From positions 13,192,771-13,256,770 of the forward strand of contig NC_092676.1 of the NCBI RefSeq assembly GCF_964355755.1: 64,000 nt of DNA, given 5' to 3'. The first letter of the stretch is position 1. Each line of letters begins with the position of its first letter. Below, one piece after another: positions 35,701 through 52,240 of this stretch. This DNA comes from Antedon mediterranea (Eukaryota > Animalia > Echinodermata). The position numbers and the translations under genes are program-made. The notes under the pieces were generated by a model, which did not search any database, had not been told where the DNA came from, and saw only the letters and a program-made list of their open reading frames with translations.

Positions 35701-38700
35701 CACACAAAAACATCAAATTGCACAAAATAGCTTAATATCGTGTTTGAAACCGTTTTAGACCATTTTGAGCATGTCGATAAAACTTTTCACACAAAAACAT
35801 AAAAGTGAACAGAATAGCTTCAAATTGCATTTGGAGACGTTTTAGAGCATTTTGTGCATTTCGATAAAATGTGTTAACATAAAAAGACCAAAGTGTTTAG
35901 AATATCTTCAAATCACATTTGGAGACGTTTTAGACCATTTTTTGCATTTCGATGAAACTTGGTTACACAAAAACATCAAAGTGCTTAAAATCACATTTAA
36001 AACCGTTTTAGAGCATTTTGAGCATTTCAATAAAACTTTTCACACAAAAACATCAAAGTGTACAAAATAGCTTCAAATCGCATTTAGAGAGGTTTTAGAC
36101 CATTTTGTGCATTTCGATAAAACTTTTCACACAAAAACATCAAAGTGTACAAAATAACTTCAAATCGTATTTAGAGACGTTTTAGACCATTTTGTGCATT
36201 TTGATAAAACTTTTCACACAAAAACATCAAATTGCACGAAAGAGCTTAATATCGTGTTTGAAAACGTTTTAAACCATTTTGAGCATGTCGATAAAACTTT
36301 TCACACAAAAATATCAAAGTGCACAGAATATCTTCAAATCGCATTTAGAGACGTTTTAGACCATTTTGTGCATTTCGAAAAAATTTGTTAACATAAAAAG
36401 ACCAAAGTGTTTAGAATATCTCCAAATCGCATTTGGAGACGTTTTAGACCATTTTGTGTTTTTCGAAAAAACTTTTCACACAAAAACATCAAAGTGTACA
36501 AAATTCCTTCAAATCGCATTTGGAGACGTTTTAGACCATTTTGTGATTTTCGAAAAACTTTTCACACAAAAACATCAAAGTGTAGAAAATTGCTTCAAAT
36601 CGCATTTAGAGATGTTTTAGATCATTTTGTGCATTTCGAAAAAATTTGTTAACATAAAAAGACCAAAGTGTTTAGAATATCTCCAAATCGCATTTGGAGA
36701 CGTTTTAGACCATTTTGTGCATTTCGATGACACTTGGTTACACAAAAACATCAAAGTGCTTAAAATCACATTTAAAACCGTTTTAGAGCGTTTTGAGCAT
36801 TTCGATAAACTTTTCAAACAAAAACATCAAAGTGTACAAAATAGCTTCAAATCGTATTTGGAGACTTTTTAGACCATTTTGTGCGTTTCGATGAATCTTG
36901 GTTACACAAAAACATCAAAGTGCTTAAAATCACATTTAAAACCGTTTTAGTGCATTTTGAGCATTTCGATAAAACTTTTCACACAAAAACATCAAAGTGC
37001 ACAAAATAGCTTCAAATCGCATTTAGAGATGTTTTAGACCATTTTGTGCGTTTCGATAAAACTTTTCACACAAAAACATCAAATTGCACAAAATAGCTTA
37101 ATATCGTGTTTGAAAACGTTTTAGACCATTTTGAGCATGTCGATAAAACTTTTCACACAAAAACATAAAAGTGCACAGAATAGCTTCAAATCGCATTTGG
37201 AGACGTTTTAGACCATTTTGTGCATTTCGAAAAAACTTTTTAACATAAAAACACCAAAGTGCTTAGAATAGCTTCAAATCGCATTTGGAGACGTTTTAGA
37301 CCATTTTGTGCATTTCGATGAAACTTGGTTACACAAAAACATCAAAGTGCTTAAAATCACATTTGAAACCGTTTTAGAGCATTTTGAGCATTTCGATAAA
37401 ACTTTTCACACAAAAACATCAAAGTGTACAAAATAGCTTCAAATCACATTTGAAACCGTTTTAGAGCATTTTGAGCATTTCGATAAAACTTTTCACACAA
37501 AAACATCAAAGTGTACAAAATAGCTTCAAATCACATTTGAAACCGTTTTAGACCATTTTGAGCATTTCGATAAAACTTTTCACACAAAAACATCAAAGTG
37601 TACAAAATAGCTTCAATTCGCATTTTGAGACGTTTTAGACCATTTTGTGCATTTCGATGAAACTTGGTTACACAAAAACATCAAAGTGCTTAAAATCACA
37701 TTTGAATCCGTTTTAGAGCATTTTTAGCATTTCGATAATACTTTTCACACAAAAACATCAAAGTGTACAAAATAGCTTCAAATCGCATTTGGAGACGTTT
37801 TAGACCATTTTGTGCATTTCGATGAAACTTGGTTACACAAAAACATCAAAGTGCTTAAAATCACATTTGAAACCGTTTTAGACCATTTTGAGCATTTCGA
37901 TAAAACTTTTCACACAAAAAAATCAAAGTGCACAAAATAGCTTCAAATCGCATTTGGGGACGTTTTAGACTATTTTGTGCATTTCGAAAAAATTTGTTAA
38001 CATAAAAAGACCAAAGTGTTTAGAATATCTCCAAATCGCATTTGGAGACGTTTTAAACCATTTTGTGCATTTCGATGGAACTTGGTTACACAAAAACATC
38101 AAAGTGCTTAAAATCACATTTAAAACCGTTTTAGAGCATTTTTAGCATTTTGATAAAACTTTTCACACAAAAACATCAAAGTGTACAAAATAGCTTCAAA
38201 TCGCATTTTGAGACGTTTTAGACCATTTTGTGCATTTCGATGAAACTTGGTTACACAAAAACATGAAATTGCTTAAAATCACATTTGAAACCGTTTTAGA
38301 CCATTTTGAGCATTTCGATAAAACCTTTCACACAAAAAAATCAAAGTGCACAAAATAGCTTCAAATCGCATTTGGAGACGTTTTAGACTATTTTGTGCAT
38401 TTTCAACAAATTTGTTAACATAAAAAGACCAAAGTGTTTAGAATATCTCCAAATCGCATTTGGAGACGTTTTAAACCATTTTGTGCATTTCGATGGAACT
38501 TGGTTACACAAAAACATCAAAGTGCTTAAAATCACATTTAAAACCGTTTTAGAGCATTTTGAGCATTTCGATAAAACTTTTCACACAAAAACATCAAATT
38601 GCACAAAATAGCTTAATACCGTGTTTGAAATCGTTTTAAACCATTTTGAGCATTTCGATAAAACTTTTCACACAAAAAAATCAAAGTGTACAAAATAGCT

Positions 38701-41700
38701 TCAAATCGCATTTAGAGACGTTTTAGACCATTTTGTGCATTTAGATAAAACTTTTCACACAAAAACATCAAATTGCACAAAATAGCTTAATATCGTGTTT
38801 GAAAACGTTTTAAACCATTTTGAGCATGTCGATAAAACTTTTCACACAAAAATATCAAAGTGCACAGAATATCTTCAAATCGCATTTAGAGACGTTTTAG
38901 ACCATTTTGTGCATTTCGATGAAACTTGGTTACACAAAAACATCAAAGTGCTTAAAATCACATTTAAAACCGTTTTAGAGCGTTTTGAGCATTTCGATAA
39001 ACTTTTCACACAAAAACATCAAAGTGCAAAAAATAGCTTCAAATCGCATTTAGAGATGTTTTAGACCATTTTGTGCATTTCGATAAAACTTTTCACACAA
39101 AAACATCAAATTGCACAAAATAGCTTAATACCGTGTTTGAAATCGTTTTAAACCATTTTGAGCATGTCGATAAAACTTTTCACACAAAAACATCAAAGTG
39201 CACAGAATATCTTCAAATCGCATTTGGAGACGTTTTAGACCATTTTGTGCATTTCGATGAAACTTGGTTACACAAAAACATCAAAGTGCTTAAAATCACA
39301 TTTGAAACCGTTTTAGAGCATTTTGAGCATTTCGATAAAACTTTTCACACAAAAACATCAAAGTGTACAAAATAGCTTCAAATCACATTTGAAACCGTTT
39401 TAGACCATTTTGAGCATTTCGATAAAACTTTTCACACAAAAATATCAAAGTGTACAAAATAGCTTCAAATCGCATTTGGAGACGTTTTAGACCATTTTGT
39501 GCATTTCGATGAAACTTGGTTACACAAAAACATCAAAGTGCTTAAAATCACATTTGAAACCGTTTTAGACCATTTTGAGCATTTCGATAAAACTTTTCAC
39601 ACAAAAACATCAAAGTGCACAAAATAGCTTCAAATCGCATTTAGAGATGTTTTAGACCATTTTGTGCATTTCGATAAAACTTTTCACACAAAAACATCAA
39701 ATTGCACAAAATAGCTTAATACCGTGTTTGAAATCATTTTAAACCATTTTGAGCATGTCGATAAAACTTTTCACACAAAAACATCAAAGTGCACAGAATA
39801 TCTTCAAATCGCATTTAGAGACGTTTTAGACCATTTTGTGCATTTCGAAAAAATTTGTTAACATAAAAAGACCAAAGTGTTTAGAATATCTCCAAATCGC
39901 ATTTGGAGACGTTTTAGACCATTTTGTGCATTTCGATGAAACTTGGTTACACAAAAACATCAAAGTGCTTAAAATCACATTTGAAACCGTTTTAGAGCAT
40001 TTTGAGCATTTCGATAAAACTTTTCACACAAAAACATCAAAGTGTACAAAATAGCTTCAAATCACATTTGAAACCGTTTTAGACCATTTTGAGCATTTCG
40101 ATAAAACTTTTCACACAAAAACATCAAAGTGTACAAAATAGCTTCAAATCGCATTTGGAGACGTTTTAGACCATTTTGTGCATTTCGATGAAACTTGGTT
40201 ACACAAAAACATCAAAGTGCTTAAAATCACATTTGAAACCGTTTTAGAGCATTTTTAGCATTTCGATAATACTTTTCACACAAAAACATCAAATTGCACA
40301 AAATAGCTTCAAATCACATTTGGAGACGTTTTAGACCATTTTGTGCATTTCGATGAAACTTGGTTACACAAAAACATCAAAGTGCTTAAAATCACATTTG
40401 AAACCGTTTTAGACCATTTTGAGCATTTCGATAAAACTTTTCACACAAAAAAATAAAAAAACAAAATAGCTTCAAATCGCATTTGGGGACGTTTTAGACT
40501 ATTTTGTGCATTTCGAAAAAATTTGTTAACATAAAAAGACCAAAGTGTTTAGAATATCTCCAAATGGCATTTGGAGACGTTTTAAACCATTTTGTGCATT
40601 TCGATGGAACTTGGTTACACAAAAACATCAAAGTGCTTAAAATCACATTTAAAACAGTTTTAGAGCATTTTTAGCATTTCGATAAAACTTTTCACACAAA
40701 AACATCAAAGTGCACAAAATAGCTTCAAATCGCATTTAGAGACGTTTTAGACCATTTTGTGCATTTCGATAAAACTTTTCACACAAAAACATCAAATTGC
40801 ACAAAATAGCTTAATACCGTGTTTGAAATCATTTTAAACCATTTTGAGCATGTCGATAAAACTTTTCACACAAAAATATCAAAGTGCACAGAATATCTTC
40901 AAATCGCATTTAGAGACGTTTTAGACCATTTTGTGCATTTCGAAAAAATTTGTTAACATAAAAAGACCAAAGTGTTTAGAATATCTCCAAATCGCATTTG
41001 GAGACGTTTTAGACCATTTTGTGTTTTTCGAAAAAACTTTTCACACAAAAACATCAAAGTGTAGAAAATTGCTTCAAATCGCATTTAGAGATGTTTTAGA
41101 CCATTTTGTGCATTTCGAAAAAATTTGTTAACATAAAAGGACCAAAGTGTTTAGAATATCTCCAAATCGCATTTGGAGACGTTTTAGACCATTTTGTGCA
41201 TTTCGATGACACTTGGTTACACAAAAACACCAAAGTGCTTAAAATCACATTTAAAACCGTTTTAGAGCGTTTTGAGCATTTCGATAAACTTTTCAAACAA
41301 AAACATCAAAGTGTACAAAATAGCTTCAAATCGTATTTGGAGACGTTTTAGACCATTTTGTGCGTTTCGATGAATCTTGGTTACACAAAAACATCAAAGT
41401 GCTTAAAATCACATTTAAAGCCGTTTTAGTGCATTTTGAGCATTTCGATAAAACTTTTCACACAAAAACATCAAATTGCACAAAATAGCTTAATATCGTG
41501 TTTGAAAACGTTTTAGACCATTTTGAGCATGTCGATAAAACTTTTCACACAAAAACATAAAAGTGAACAGAATAGCTTCAATTTGCATTTGGAGACGTTT
41601 TAGACTATTTTGTGCATTTCGAAAAAATTTGTTAACATAAAGAGACCAAAGTGTTTAGAATATCTCCAAATCGCATTTGGAGACGTTTTAAACCATTTTG

Positions 41701-44700
41701 TGCATTTCGATGGAACTTTGTTACACAAAAACATCAAAGTGCTTAAAATCACATTTAAAACCGTTTTAGAGCATTTTGAGCATTTCGATAAAACTTTTCA
41801 CACAAAAACATCAAAGTGTACAAAATAGCTTCAAATCGCATTTAGAGAGGTTTTAGACCATTTTGTGCATTTCGATAAAACTTTTCACACAAAAACATCA
41901 AAGTGTACAAAATAGCTTCAAATCGCATTTAGAGACGTTTTAGACCATTTTGTGCATTTCGATAAAACTTTTCACACAAAAACATAAAATTGCACAAAAT
42001 AGCTTAATACCGTGTTTGAAATCGTTTTAAACCATTTTGAGCATGTCGATAAAACTTTTCACAAAAAAACATCAAAGTGCACAGAATAGCTTCAAATCGC
42101 ATTTGAAGACGTTTTAAACCATTTTGTGCATTTCGATAAAACTTTTCACATAAAAACAACAAAGTGTACAAAATAGCTTCAAATCGCATTTAGAGACGTT
42201 TTAGACCATTTTGGGCATTTCGATGAAACTTGGTTACACAAATACATAAAAGTGCTTAAAATCACATTTCAAACCGTTTTAGAGCATTTTGAGCATTTCG
42301 ATAAAACTTTTCACACAAAAACATCAAAGTGCACAAAATAGCTTCAAATCGCATTTAGAGATGTTTTAGACCATTTTGTGCAATTCGATAAAACTTTTCA
42401 CACAAAAACATCAAATTGCACAAAATAGCTTAATATCGTGTTTGAAAACGTTTTAGACCATTTTGAGCATGTCGATAAAACTTTTCAAACAAAAACATAA
42501 AAGTGAACAGAATAGCTTCAAATTTCATTTGGAGACGTTTTAGAGCATTTTGTGCATTTCGATAAAATGTGTTAACATAAAAAGACCAAAGTGTTTAGAA
42601 TATCTTCAAATCACATTTGGAGACGTACTTTAGACCATTTTTTGCATTTCGATGAAACTTGGTTACACAAAAACATCAAAGTGCTTAAAATCACATTTAA
42701 AACCGTTTTAGAGCATTTTGAGCATTTCGATAAAACTTTTCACACAAAAACATCAAAGTGTACAAAATAGCTTCAAATCGCATTTAGAGAGGTTTTAGAC
42801 CATTTTGTGCATTTCGATAAAACTTTTCACACAAAAACATCAAAGTGTACAAAATAACTTCAAATCGTATTTAGAGACGTTTTAGACCATTTTTTGCATT
42901 TTGATAAAACTTTTCACACAAAAACATCAAATTGCACAAAATAGCTTAATATCGTGTTTGAAAACGTTTTAAACCATTTTGAGCATGTCGATAAAACTTT
43001 TCACACAAAAATATCAAAGTGCACAGAATATCTTCAAATCGCATTTGGAGACGTTTTAGACCATTTTGTGTTTTTCGAAAAAACTTTTCACACAAAAACA
43101 TCAAAGTGTACAAAATTGCTTCAAATCGCATTTGGAGACGTTTTAGACCATTTTGTGATTTTCGAAAAACTTTTCACACAAAAACATCAAAGTGTAGAAA
43201 ATTGCTTCAAATCGCAAAAAAAATGTTTTGAGAGATGTTTTAGAACAATTTTGTGCATTTAGAAAAAATTTGTTAACATAAAAAGACCAAAGTGTTTAGA
43301 ATATCTCCAAATCGCATTTGGAGACGTTTTAGACCATTTTGTGCATTTCGAAAAAATTTGTTAACATAAAAAGACCAAAGTGTTTAGAATATCTCCAAAT
43401 CGCATTTGGAGACGTTTTAGACCATTTTGTGCATTTCTATGAAACTTGGTTACACAAAAACATCAAAGTGCTTAAAATCACATTTAAAACCGTTTTAGAG
43501 CGTTTTGAGCATTTCGATAAACTTTTCACACAAAAACATCAAAGTGCACAAAATAGCTTCAAATCGCATTTAGAGATGTTTTAGACCATTTTGTGCATTT
43601 CGATAAAACTTTTCACACAAAAACATCAAATTGCACAAAATAGCTTAATATCGTGTTTGAAATCGTTTTAAACCATTTTGAGCATGTCGATAAAACTTTT
43701 CACACAAAAACATCAAAGTGCACAGAATATCTTCAAATCGCATTTAGAGAAGTTTCAGACCATTTTGTGCAATTCGAAAAAATTTGTTAACATAAAAAGA
43801 CCAAAGTGTTTAGAATATCTCCAAATCGCATTTGGAGACGTTTTAGACCATTTTGTGCATTTCGATGAAACTTGGTTACACAAAAACATCAAAGTGCTTA
43901 AAATCACATTTGAAACCGTTTTAGAGCATTTTGGGCATTTCGATAAAACTTTTCACACAAAAACATCAAAGTGTACAAAATAGCTTCAAATCACATTTGA
44001 AACCGTTTTAGACCATTTTGAGCATTTCGAAAAAATTTGTTAACATAAAAAGACCAAAGTGTTTAGAATATCTCCAAATCGCATTTGGAGACGTTTTAAA
44101 CCATTTTGTGCATTTCGATGGAACTTGGTTACACAAAAACATCAAAGTGCTTAAAATCACATTTAAAACCGTTTTAGAGCATTTTGAGCATTTCGATAAA
44201 ACTTTTCACACAAAAACATCAAAGTGTACAAAATAGCTTCAAATCGTATTTAGAGAGGTTTTAGACAATTTTGTGCATTTCGATAAAACTTTTCACACAA
44301 AAACATCAAAGTGTACAAAATAGCTTCAAATCGCATTTGGAGACGTTTTAGACCATTTTGTGCATTTCGATGAAACTTGGTTACACAAAAACATCAAAGT
44401 GCTTAAAATTACATTTGAAAGCGTTTTAGAGCATTTTGAGCATTTCGATAATACTTTTCACACAAAAACATCAAAGTGTACAAAATAGCTTCAAATCGCA
44501 TTTGGAGACGTTTTAGACCATTTTGTGCATTTCGATGAAACTTGGTTACACAAAAACATCAAAGTGCTTAAAATCACATTTGAAACCGTTTTAGACCATT
44601 TTGAGCGTTTCGATAAAACTTTTCACACAAAAACATCAAAGTGCACAAAATAGCTTCAAATCGCATTTGGAGACGTTTTAGACTATTTTGTGCATTTCGA

Positions 44701-47700
44701 AAAAATTTGTTAACATAAAAAGACCAAAGTGTTTAGAATATCTCCAAATCGCATTTGGAGACGTTTTAGACCATTTTGTGTTTTTCGAAAAAACTTTTCA
44801 CACAAAAACATCAAAGTGTACAAAATTGCTTCAAATCGCATTTAGAGAGGTTTTAGACCATTTTGTGCATTTCGATAAAACTTTTCACACAAAAACATAA
44901 AATTGCACAAAATAGCTTAATACCGTGTTTGAAATCGTTTTAAACCATTTTGAGCATGTCGATAAAACTTTTCACAAAAAAACATCAAAGTGCACAGAAT
45001 AGCTTCAAATCGCATTTGGAGACGTTTTAAACCATTTTATGCATTTCGATAAAACTTTTCACATAAAAACAACAAAGTGTACAAAATAGCTTCAAATCGC
45101 ATTTAGAGACGTTTTAGACCATTTTGTGCATTTCGATGGAACTTGGTTACACAAAAACATCAAAGTGCTTAAAATCACATTTAAAACCGTTTTAGAGCAT
45201 TTTGAGCATTTCGATAAAACTTTTCACACAAAGACATCAAAGTGTACAAAATAGCTTCAAATCGCATTTAGAGAGGTTTTAGACCATTTTGTGCATTTCG
45301 ATAAAACTTTTCACACAAAAACATCAAAGTGTACAAAATAGCTTCAAATCGCATTTAGAGACGTTTTAGACCATTTTGTGCATTTTGATAAAACTTTTCA
45401 CACAAAAACATCAAATTGCACAAAATAGCTTAATATTGTGTTTGAAAACGTTTTAAACCATTTTGAGCATGTCGATAAAACTTTTCACACAAAAATATCA
45501 AAGTGCCCAGAATATCTTCAAATCGCATTTAGAGACGTTTTAGACCATTTTGTGCATTTCGAAAAAATTTGTTAACATAAAAAGACCAAAGTGTTTAGAT
45601 TATCTCCAAATCGCATTTGGAGACGTTTTAGACCATTTTGTGTTTTTCGAAAAAACTTTTCACACAAAAACATCAAAGTGTACAAAATAGCTTCAAACCA
45701 CATTTGAAACCGTTTTAGACCATTTTGAGCATTTCGATAAAACTTTTCACACAAAAACATCAAAGTGTACAGAATAGCTTCAAATCGCATTTGGAGACGT
45801 TTTAGACCATTTTGTGCATTTCGATGAAACTTGGTTACACAAAAACATCAAAGTGCTTAAAATCACATGTGAAACCGTTTTAGAGCATTTTTAACATTTC
45901 GATAAAACTTTTCACACAAAAAAATCAAAGTGCACAAAATAGCTTCAAATCGCATTTGGAGAGGTTTTAGACCATTTTGTGCATTTCGATAAAACTTTTC
46001 ACACAAAAACATCAAAGTGTACAAAATAGCTTCAAATCGCATTTAGAGACGTTTTAGACCATTTTGTGCATTTCGATAAAACTTTTCACACAAAAACATC
46101 AAATTGCACAAAATAGCTTAATATCGTGTTTGAAAACGTTTTAAACCATTTTGAGCATGTCGATAAAACTTTTCACACAAAAATATCAAAGTGCACAGAA
46201 TATCTTCAAATCGCATTTAGAGACGTTTTAGACCATTTTGTGCATTTCGATGAAACTTGGTTACACAAAAACATCAAAGTGCTTAAAATCACATTTAAAA
46301 CCGTTTTAGAGCGTTTTGAGCATTTCGATAAACTTTTTACACAAAAACATCAAAGTGCACAAAATAGCTTCAAATCGCATTTAGAGATGTTTTAGACCAT
46401 TTTGTGCATTTCGATAAAACTTTTCACACAAAAACATCAAATTGCACAAAATAGCTTAATACCGTGTTTGAAATCATTTTAAACCATTTTGAGCATGTCG
46501 ATAAAACTTTTCACACAAAAACATCAAAGTGCACAGAATATCTTCAAATCGCATTTAGAGACGTTTTAGACCATTTTGTGCATTTCGAAAAAATTTGTTA
46601 CACAAAAACATCAAAGTGCTTAAAATCACATTTGAAACCGTTTTAGAGCATTTTGAGCATTTCGATAAAACTTTTCACACAAAAACATCAAAGTGTACAA
46701 AATAGCTTCAAATCACATTTGAAACCGTTTTAGACCATTTTGAGCATTTCGATAAAACTTTTCACACAAAAACATCAAAGTGTACAAAATAGCTTCAAAT
46801 CGCATTTGGAGACGTTTTAGACCATTTTGTGCATTTAGATGAAACTTGGTTACACAAAAACATCAAAGTGCTTAAAATCACATTTGAAACCGTTTTAGAG
46901 CATTTTTAGCATTTCGATAATACTTTTCACACAAAAACATCAAAGTGTACAAAATAGCTTCAAATCGCATTTGGAGACGTTTTAGACCATTTTGTGCATT
47001 TCGATGAAACTTGGTTACACAAAAACATCAAAGTGCTTAAAATCACATTTGAAACCGTTTTAGACCATTTTGAGCATTTCGATAAAACTTTTCACACAAA
47101 AAAATCAAAGTGCACAAAATAGCTTCAAATCGCATTTGGGGACGTTTTAGACTATTTTGTGCATTTCGAAAAAATTTGTTAACATAAAAAGACCAAAGTG
47201 TTTAGAATATCTCCAAATCGCATTTGGAGACGTTTTAAACCATTTTGTGCATTTCGATGGAACTTGGTTACACAAAAACATCAAAGTGCTTAAAATCACA
47301 TTTAAAACCGTTTTAGAGCATTTTGAGCATTTCGATAAAACTTTTCACACAAAAACATCAAAGTGTACAAAATAGCTTCAAATCGCATTTAGAGAGGTTT
47401 TAGACCATTTTGTGCATTTCGATAAAACTTTTCACACAAAAACATCAAAGTGTACAAAATAGCTTCAAATCGCATTTAGAGAGGTTTTAGACGATTTTGT
47501 GCATTTCGATAAAACTTTTCACACAAAAACATCAAAGTGTACAAAATAGCTTCAAATCGCATTTAGAGACGTTTTAGACCATTTTGTGCATTTTGTTAAA
47601 ACTTTTCACACAAAAACATCAAATTGCACAAAATAGCTTAATATTGTGTTTGAAAACGTTTTAAACCAGTTTGAGCATGTCGATAAAACTTTTCACACAA

Positions 47701-48899
47701 AAATATCAAAGTGCCCAGAATATCTTCAAATCGCATTTAGAGACGTTTTAGACCATTTTGTGCATTTCGAAAAAATTTGTTAACATAAAAAGACCAAAGT
47801 GTTTAGATTATCTCCAAATCGCATTTGGAGACGTTTTAGACCATTTTGTGTTTTTCGAAAAAACTTTTCACACAAAAACATCAAAGTGTACAAAATTGCT
47901 TCAAATCGCATTTAGAGAGGTTTTAGACCATTTTGTGCATTTCGATAAAACTTTTCACACAAAAACATCAAAGTGCACAGAATATCTTAATACCGTGTCT
48001 GAAATCGTTTTAAACCATTTTGAGCATGTCGATAAAACTTTTCACACAAAAACATCAAAGTGCACAGAATATCTTCAAATCGCATTTAGAGACGTTTTAG
48101 ACCATTTTGTGCATTTCGAAAAAATTTGTTAACATAAAAAGACCAAAGTGTTTAGAATATCTCCAAATCGCATTTGGAGACGTTTTAGACCATTTTGTGC
48201 ATTTCGATGAAACTTGGTTACACAAAAACATCAAAGTGCTTAAAATCACATTTGAAACCGTTTTAGAGCATTTTGAGCATTTCGATAAAACTTTTCACAC
48301 AAAAACATCAAAGTGTACAAAATAGCTTCAAACCACATTTGAAACCGTTTTAGACCATTTTGAGCATTTCGATAAAACTTTTCACACAAAAACATCAAAG
48401 TGTACAAAATAGCTTCAAATCGCATTTAGAGAGGTTTTAGACCATTTTGTGTTTTTCGAAAAAACTGTTCACACAAAAACATCAAAGTGTACAAAATTCC
48501 TTCAAATCGCATTTGGAGACGTTTTAGACCACTTTGTGATTTTCGAAAAACTTTTCACACAAAAACATCAAAGTGTAGAAAATTGCTTCAAATCGCATTT
48601 AGAGATGTTTTAGACCATTTTGTGCATTTCGAAAAAATTTGTTAACATAAAAAGACCAATGTGTTTAGAATATCTCCAAATCGCATTTGGAGACGTTTTA
48701 GACCATTTTGTGCATTTCGATGACACTTGGTTACACAAAAACATCAAAATGCTTAAAATCACATTTAAAACCGTTTTAGAGCGTTTTGAGCATTTCGATA
48801 AACTTTTCAAACAAAAACATCAAAGTGTACAAAATAGCTTCAAATCGTATTTGGAGACGTTTTAGACCATTTTGTGCGTTTCGATGAATCTTGGTTACA

Positions 48900-51800
48900 C
48901 AAAAACATCAAAGTGCTTAAAATCACATTTAAAACCGTTTTAGTGCATTTTGAGCATTTCGATAAAACTTTTCACACAAAAACATCAAAGTGCACAAAAT
49001 AGCTTCAAATCGCATTTAGAGATGTTTTAGACCATTTTGTGCGTTTCGATAAAACTTTTCACACAAAAACATCAAATTGCACAAAATAGCTTCAAATCGC
49101 ATTTGGAGACGTTTTAGACCATTTTGTGCATTTCGAAAAAACTTTTTAACATAAAAACACCAAAGTGCTTAGAATAGCTTCAAATCGCATTTGGAGACGT
49201 TTTAGACCATTTTGTGCATTTCGATGAAACTTGGTTACACAAAAACATCAAAGTGCTTAAAATCACATTTGAAACCGTTTTAGAGCATTTTGAGCATTTC
49301 GATAAAACTTTTCACACAAAAACATCAAAGTGTACAAAATAGCTTCAAATCACATTTGAAACCGTTTTAGACCATTTTGAGCATTTCGATAAAACTTTTC
49401 ACACAAAAACATCAAAGTGTACAAAATAGCTTCAAATCGCATTTGGAGACGTTTTAGACCATTTTGTGCATTTCGAAGAAACTTGGTTACACATAAACAT
49501 CAAAGTGCTTAAAATTACATTTGAAAGCGTTTTAGAGCATTTTGAGCATTTCGATAATACTTTTCACACAAAAACATCAAAGTGTACAAAATAGCTTCAA
49601 ATCGCATTTGGAGACGTTTTAGACCATTTTGTGCATTTCGATGAAACTTGGTTACACAAAAACATCAAAGTGCTTAAAATCACATTTGAAACCGTTTTAC
49701 ACCATTTTGAGCGTTTCGATAAAACTTTTCACACAAATAAATCAGAGTACACAAAATAGCTTCAAATCGCATTTGGAGACGTTTTAGACTATTTTGTGCA
49801 TTTTGAAAAAATTTGTTAACATAAAAAGACCAAAGTGTTTAGAATATCTCCAAATCGCATTTGGAGACGTTTTAAACCTTTTTGTGCATTTCGATGGAAC
49901 TTGGTTACACAAAAACATCAAAGTGCTTAAAATCACATTTAAAACCGTTTTAGAGCATTTTGAGCATTTCGATAAAACTTTTCACACAAAAACATCAAAG
50001 TGTACAAAATAGCTTCAAATCGCATTTAGAGAGGTTTTAGACCATTTTGTGCATTTTGATAAAACTTTTCACACAAAAACATCAAATTGCACAAAATAGC
50101 TTAATACCGTGTTTGAAATCGTTTTAAACCATTTTGAGCATGTCGATAAAACTTTTCACAAAAAAACATCAAAGTGCACAGCATAGCTTCAAATCGCATT
50201 TGGAGACGTTTTAAACAATTTTGTGCATTTCGATAAAACTTTTCACATAAAAACATCAAAGTGTACAAAATAGCTTCAAATCGCATTTAGAGACGTTTTA
50301 GACCATTTTGGGCATTTCGATGAAACTTGGTTACACAAATACATAAAAGTGCTTAAAATCACATTTAAAACCGTTTTAGAGCATTTTGAGCATTTCGATA
50401 AAACTTTTCACACAAAAACATAAAAGTGTACAAAATAGCTTCAAATCGCATTTAGAGAGGTTTTAGACCATTTTGTGCATTTTGATAAAACTTTTCACAC
50501 AAAAACATCAAATTGCACAAAATAGCTTAATACCGTTTTTGAAATCGTTTTAAACCATTTTGAGCATGTCGATAAAACTTTTCACACAAAAACATCAAAG
50601 TGTACAAAATAGCTTCAAATCGCATTTGAAACCGTTTTAGACCATTTTGAGCATTTCGATAAAACTTTTCACACAAAAACATCAAAGTGTTTAGAATATC
50701 TCCAAATCGCATTTAGAGACGTTTTAGACCATTTTGGGCATTTCGATGGAACTTGGTTACACAAAAACATCAAAGTGCTTAAAATCACATTTAAAACCGT
50801 TTTAGTGCATTTTGAGCATTTCGATAAAACTTTTCACACAAAAACATCAAAGTGCACAAAATAGCTTCAAATCGCATTTAGAGATGTTTTAGACCATTTT
50901 GTGCGTTTCGATAAAACTTTTCACACAAAAACATCAAATTGCACAAAATAGCTTCAAATCGCATTTGGAGACGTTTTAGACCATTTTGTGCATTTCGAAA
51001 AAACTTTTTAACATAAAAACACCAAAGTGCTTAGAATAGCTTCAAATCGCATTTGGAGACGTTTTAGACCATTTTGTGCATTTCGATGAAACTTGGTTAC
51101 ACAAAAACATCAAAGTGCTTAAAATCACATTTGAAACCGTTTTAGAGCATTTTGAGCATTTCGATAAAACTTTTCACACAAAAACATCAAAGTGTACAAA
51201 ATAGCTTCAAATCACATTTGAAACCGTTTTAGACCATTTTGAGCATTTCGATAAAACTTTTCACACAAAAACATCAAAGTGTACAAAATAGCTTCAAATC
51301 GCATTTGGAGACGTTTTAGACCATTTTGTGCATTTCGATGAAACTTGGTTACACAAAAACATCAAAGTGCTTAAAATTACATTTGAAAGCGTTTTAGAGC
51401 ATTTTGAGCATTTCGATAATACTTTTCACACAAAAACATCAAAGTGTACAAAATAGCTTCAAATCGCATTTGGAGACGTTTTAGACCATTTTGTGCATTT
51501 CGATGAAACTTGGTTACACAAAAACATCAAAGTGCTTAAAATCACATTTGAAACCGTTTTAGACCATTTTGAGCGTTTCGATAAAACTTTTCACACAAAT
51601 AAATCAGAGTACACAAAATAGCTTCAAATCGCATTTGGAGACGTTTTAGACTATTTTGTGCATTTTGAAAAAATTTGTTAACATAAAAAGACCAAAGTTT
51701 TTAGAATATCTCCAAATCGCATTTGGAGACGTTTTAAACCTTTTTGTGCATTTCGATGGAACTTGGTTACACAAAAACATCAAAGTGCTTAAAATCACAT

Positions 51801-52240
51801 TTAAAACCGTTTTAGAGCATTTTGAGCATTTCGATAAAACTTTTCACACAAAAACATCAAAGTGTACAAAATAGCTTCAAATCGCATTTAGAGAGGTTTT
51901 AGACCATTTTGTGCATTTTGATAAAACTTTTCACACAAAAACATCAAATTGCACAAAATAGCTTAATACCGTGTTTGAAATCGTTTTAAACCATTTTGAG
52001 CATGTCGATAAAACTTTTCACAAAAAAACATCAAAGTGCACAGCATAGCTTCAAATCGCATTTGGAGACGTTTTAAACAATTTTGTGCATTTCGATAAAA
52101 CTTTTCACATAAAAACATCAAAGTGTACAAAATAGCTTCAAATCGCATTTAGAGACGTTTTAGACCATTTTGGGCATTTCGATGAAACTTGGTTACACAA
52201 ATACATAAAAGTGCTTAAAATCACATTTAAAACCGTTTTA
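48900..52240 (+). repeat. 1862-bp-offset duplication within the satellite (boundaries approximate)
   Basis: Offsets 49794/51656 and 50101/51963. Shared private variants AAACCTTTTTGTGC, CACAGCATAGC and AAATCAGAGTACAC. Confidence 0.8.
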